DNA of 64,000 bases from Vicugna vicugna (Eukaryota), in NCBI GenBank assembly GCA_013265495.1, contig MU062133.1:5037819-5101818 (forward strand), written 5' to 3'. Position numbers and translations under genes: made by a program. This document shows positions 61,336 to 64,000 of this stretch, piece by piece. The stretch's first letter is position 1; each line of letters begins with the position of its first letter. The notes beneath the pieces are model-generated. The model searched no databases. It saw nothing but the letters and a program-made list of their open reading frames with translations, and was not told the DNA's origin.

Positions 61336-63479
61336 CTGCTGTCATTATTACTGTTGTTACTGTTGTACTGTTGGTATTAATGCCATTCAGGGGACACCTG
61401 AAACCTAGGGGAAGGAGGGGACTTGTCTAAAGCCACCCAGCAAGCAGGTGGCAAAGCTGGGACTAGAACACAGTTCTCCGACTGACTCTTGTCCCTTCCA
61501 TCTCAGCGTGTGGCCTCTCATCCCAGGGACCCAGAAGGGAAGCCCAGCCTGAGAGCAGGAAGCAGCCTGGAGACGAACAGTGACTGACAGAGTGGCCAGG
61601 GCTCTGTCAGGACTGACAGAGTGGTCTAGGCAACCCTAGACTGTCCGAGGGCACGGGGGGAAGAGGGTGATGGGACTGAAGACCATCACTCTTCTTCGCT
61701 GTGCACTGACTACGAGCCAGGCACAAGGCTGCACATCACGTGACTATTTCATATGTGATATTTCACAGTGTCGGTTACATCCCGTCCTCCTCTGGAGTGG
61801 GAGAGGGGGAGACACTTTAGAAATCAAATGGGATCAGCCTCCTCTCCCTGACAAGTCTGAGCATCAGTCCAGTCAAGTCGCAGACAGCCGGGGCACTTCC
61901 ACCTTCCCGCTTCCCTTCCCAGGGCTGCAACTACAGGATCGTCACCCTTCTGGAGGGAAGGGGCACAACTTAACAGGTTCGAGGCAGCAGCAGCTGACAC
62001 CCACCCGGGCTCCATCAGGCAGGCAGCAATAAAGAGACAAACACCGTCCAGGCTGCAGAGGCAATGCCCGACCATCACCACGGACACAAGCCTGGATGTC
62101 TTGATGTAGCAGGAATGCTTTACGACGGGGCAAGGAAACCTTGCTGTATCTGGAACTTGGCCTTGGCTGAGCTGTGTGACCTTCAGTCCCTCACTAATGC
62201 TGTCTGATCTTCAGATGCAAAGACCGGTAGATGCAGACTTCCAGCCATGTACCCCAGCGAGCCCCTTTGGGCTACTCTGAAGATGAAACGAGCCTTCTTT
62301 ACTAACGCACCATAGCTAATTATGTTCATGCATTATCTCTGCCATGGATGGGAAGTTCCTTAAGAGGAGGGACGTGTCTTACTGATGTTTATAAGCTACT
62401 GTAATGAGCTCAAAGCCCTGCACAAATGACAAATGCAGATGGCTGCATTTGTAAAATTCAGCTTCCTTGAGGGCAGGGAACGGCTCGGTGTGGCTGCAGA
62501 GGGAGGAAGAGGGGGGCAGTGATACAACAGAAACGCTGCTATCAAACTGTAGAGGACTTTACGTACACCAATGCTTTTTGTGACGCCAAACAGTAAGCTA
62601 GCCTAGCAAATGCTTCTGTAAGTGTTTGTGGGAGGGTGGGGCTGTGGAAAGAGCCTGGAGTCTCATGCCCAACAATTGTGAACTGTGACTTCTTTGAGCC
62701 TTGGCTGCCCTGTCTGTACAATGGGAATAATGGCTCCCTTTTAGGCATTTGGGTTCTGCAACATTAAAACATTACACATGACCAGTGCAGCCCTTGGTAC
62801 CTGTTTGAACCTCAGCAAATACAACTGGCCCTCAATACGTGGGGCAAAACTGACCTGGACTCTCAGAGTAAATGACTGTTATGGAAGTTCAAGGCCAGTG
62901 CTCCCCGGAAGTAAGAAATTGAGAAACGGTGCCATGGCCGGACTGCACTGTGCACAGTCCCAGAGCCCATCTGGCTGAGTCCCTTGCTGTCCAAGTTCTC
63001 AAAGACCCCGGTGCACACTGGCACCCCGTGCAAAGCCTGGCAGGACTCATGCACCCAAAAGCCACATGGGTCTCCCAGGGCAAACACCACCTAAGGACCA
63101 CAAACCAGCTGTGAACTCCCAGCAGCCCCTGGCCAGCGGCAAAGGGCACCTTTCAGGTGGCTCGGGTTGGGTGTTCTATGGACATCCTACTTAGGTGGGA
63201 GGTGAAGCACAGCGGGTGGAGAATAAGGAGCTCTGGGCTCTAGTTTCTGCTTTGCCGTAAATCTCTCTTAGACCCTGGGCACGTCCCTCCCTGCCATCTG
63301 TGTAATGAATGAAGCTGTCTTTGCACTTGGGGCTTTCAGTGTCTAGAACAGTCCTTCAGTGGAGAGCTTGGAGAGAGTGGCTTTCTGATAAGGCTGGCCT
63401 CGGCTGACGTGAAAAGTAGAAGCCCTCCCGCAGACACCCCAAGCCAAATCCAACAGTCTCTAGTCCTCACCCCCTGCTT

Positions 63480-63710
63480 CCTGGCTGTGCAACCCTGGGT
63501 GAGTTACAACACCCCTCTGAGCCTCCGTTTCCTCACGGGAGCCTCCAAGGTAATGATGTTTAGTTGTGCCATCTCCCAGCAAACTCTGTTTACTCAAGCT
63601 TCACAGAAAGTTCAAATCTCATTTCTCTCGGATGAGACAAGGCTAGTCATCTGCCACCTTCATGGACAGAGCTGGACACACCTTCACAAAGCAGATCAGC
63701 GTGAGGAAGA
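63480..63710 (+). mobile_element. MIR SINE fragment(s)
   Basis: ggctgtgcaaccctgggtgagttacaacacccctctgagcctccgtttcctca. Confidence 0.6.
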
Positions 63711-64000
63711 ATGATGGGGAACTACCTGCAGTGACAGCTGGGAGCCGGCTTCTCTGCGCTGCTGACAAGGACAGTCACCCTGGCCCCGGCAGACAAACAC
63801 TGGGGATCCTCAGACAATAACACAGCTGCTCCAGTTCCTGGGCCCCCTGCTGCGAGGCAAATGAGGAGTCACATGATCAGCATTCATCCTCAAGATGCGA
63901 AGGGATTCTGTCCTCCCCAGTGGCACAGGGATGCCGGCGGCAAATGCATGCACATCCCCCCCGTCAGGGTCCCGGGCACCCCACACACTGCCGTGGGGAA

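Noticed and set aside
61583-61625. Short direct plus inverted repeat of ctgacagag
   Set aside because: A small local duplication; too short to exceed chance.

Overview
Mammalian genomic DNA, not prokaryotic. A tRNA-derived SINE and the L1 3' tails point to a camelid (alpaca/llama/camel); this is inference. The window holds most of one gene on the minus strand: CYRIA (FAM49A, CYFIP-related Rac1 interactor A). I assembled 10 coding exons by hand (27300 down to 3520). All introns are GT-AG with consistent phases, giving 972 nt = 323 aa + TAA. A 155-nt non-coding 5'UTR exon lies at 55592-55746, and a ~3.25 kb 3'UTR probably ends near an ATTAAA at 285-290. The first exon and main promoter probably lie beyond the right edge. 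The rest is intronic: MIR, L2, L1, MER58A and MaLR remnants, one lineage SINE, microsatellites and two 171-N gaps. Almost all ORFs in the supplied track are spurious. I found no convincing novel multi-gene system. The best second-look items are a 16 x 10-bp G-rich switch-region-like/G4 repeat, two orphan CpG-island-like segments (one with a full CTCF core plus upstream motif), a PU.1 site just upstream of the non-coding exon, and a twin-primed inverted L1 with a target-site duplication (TSD). Boundaries of old repeats are approximate and family names come from recall, not a database search.
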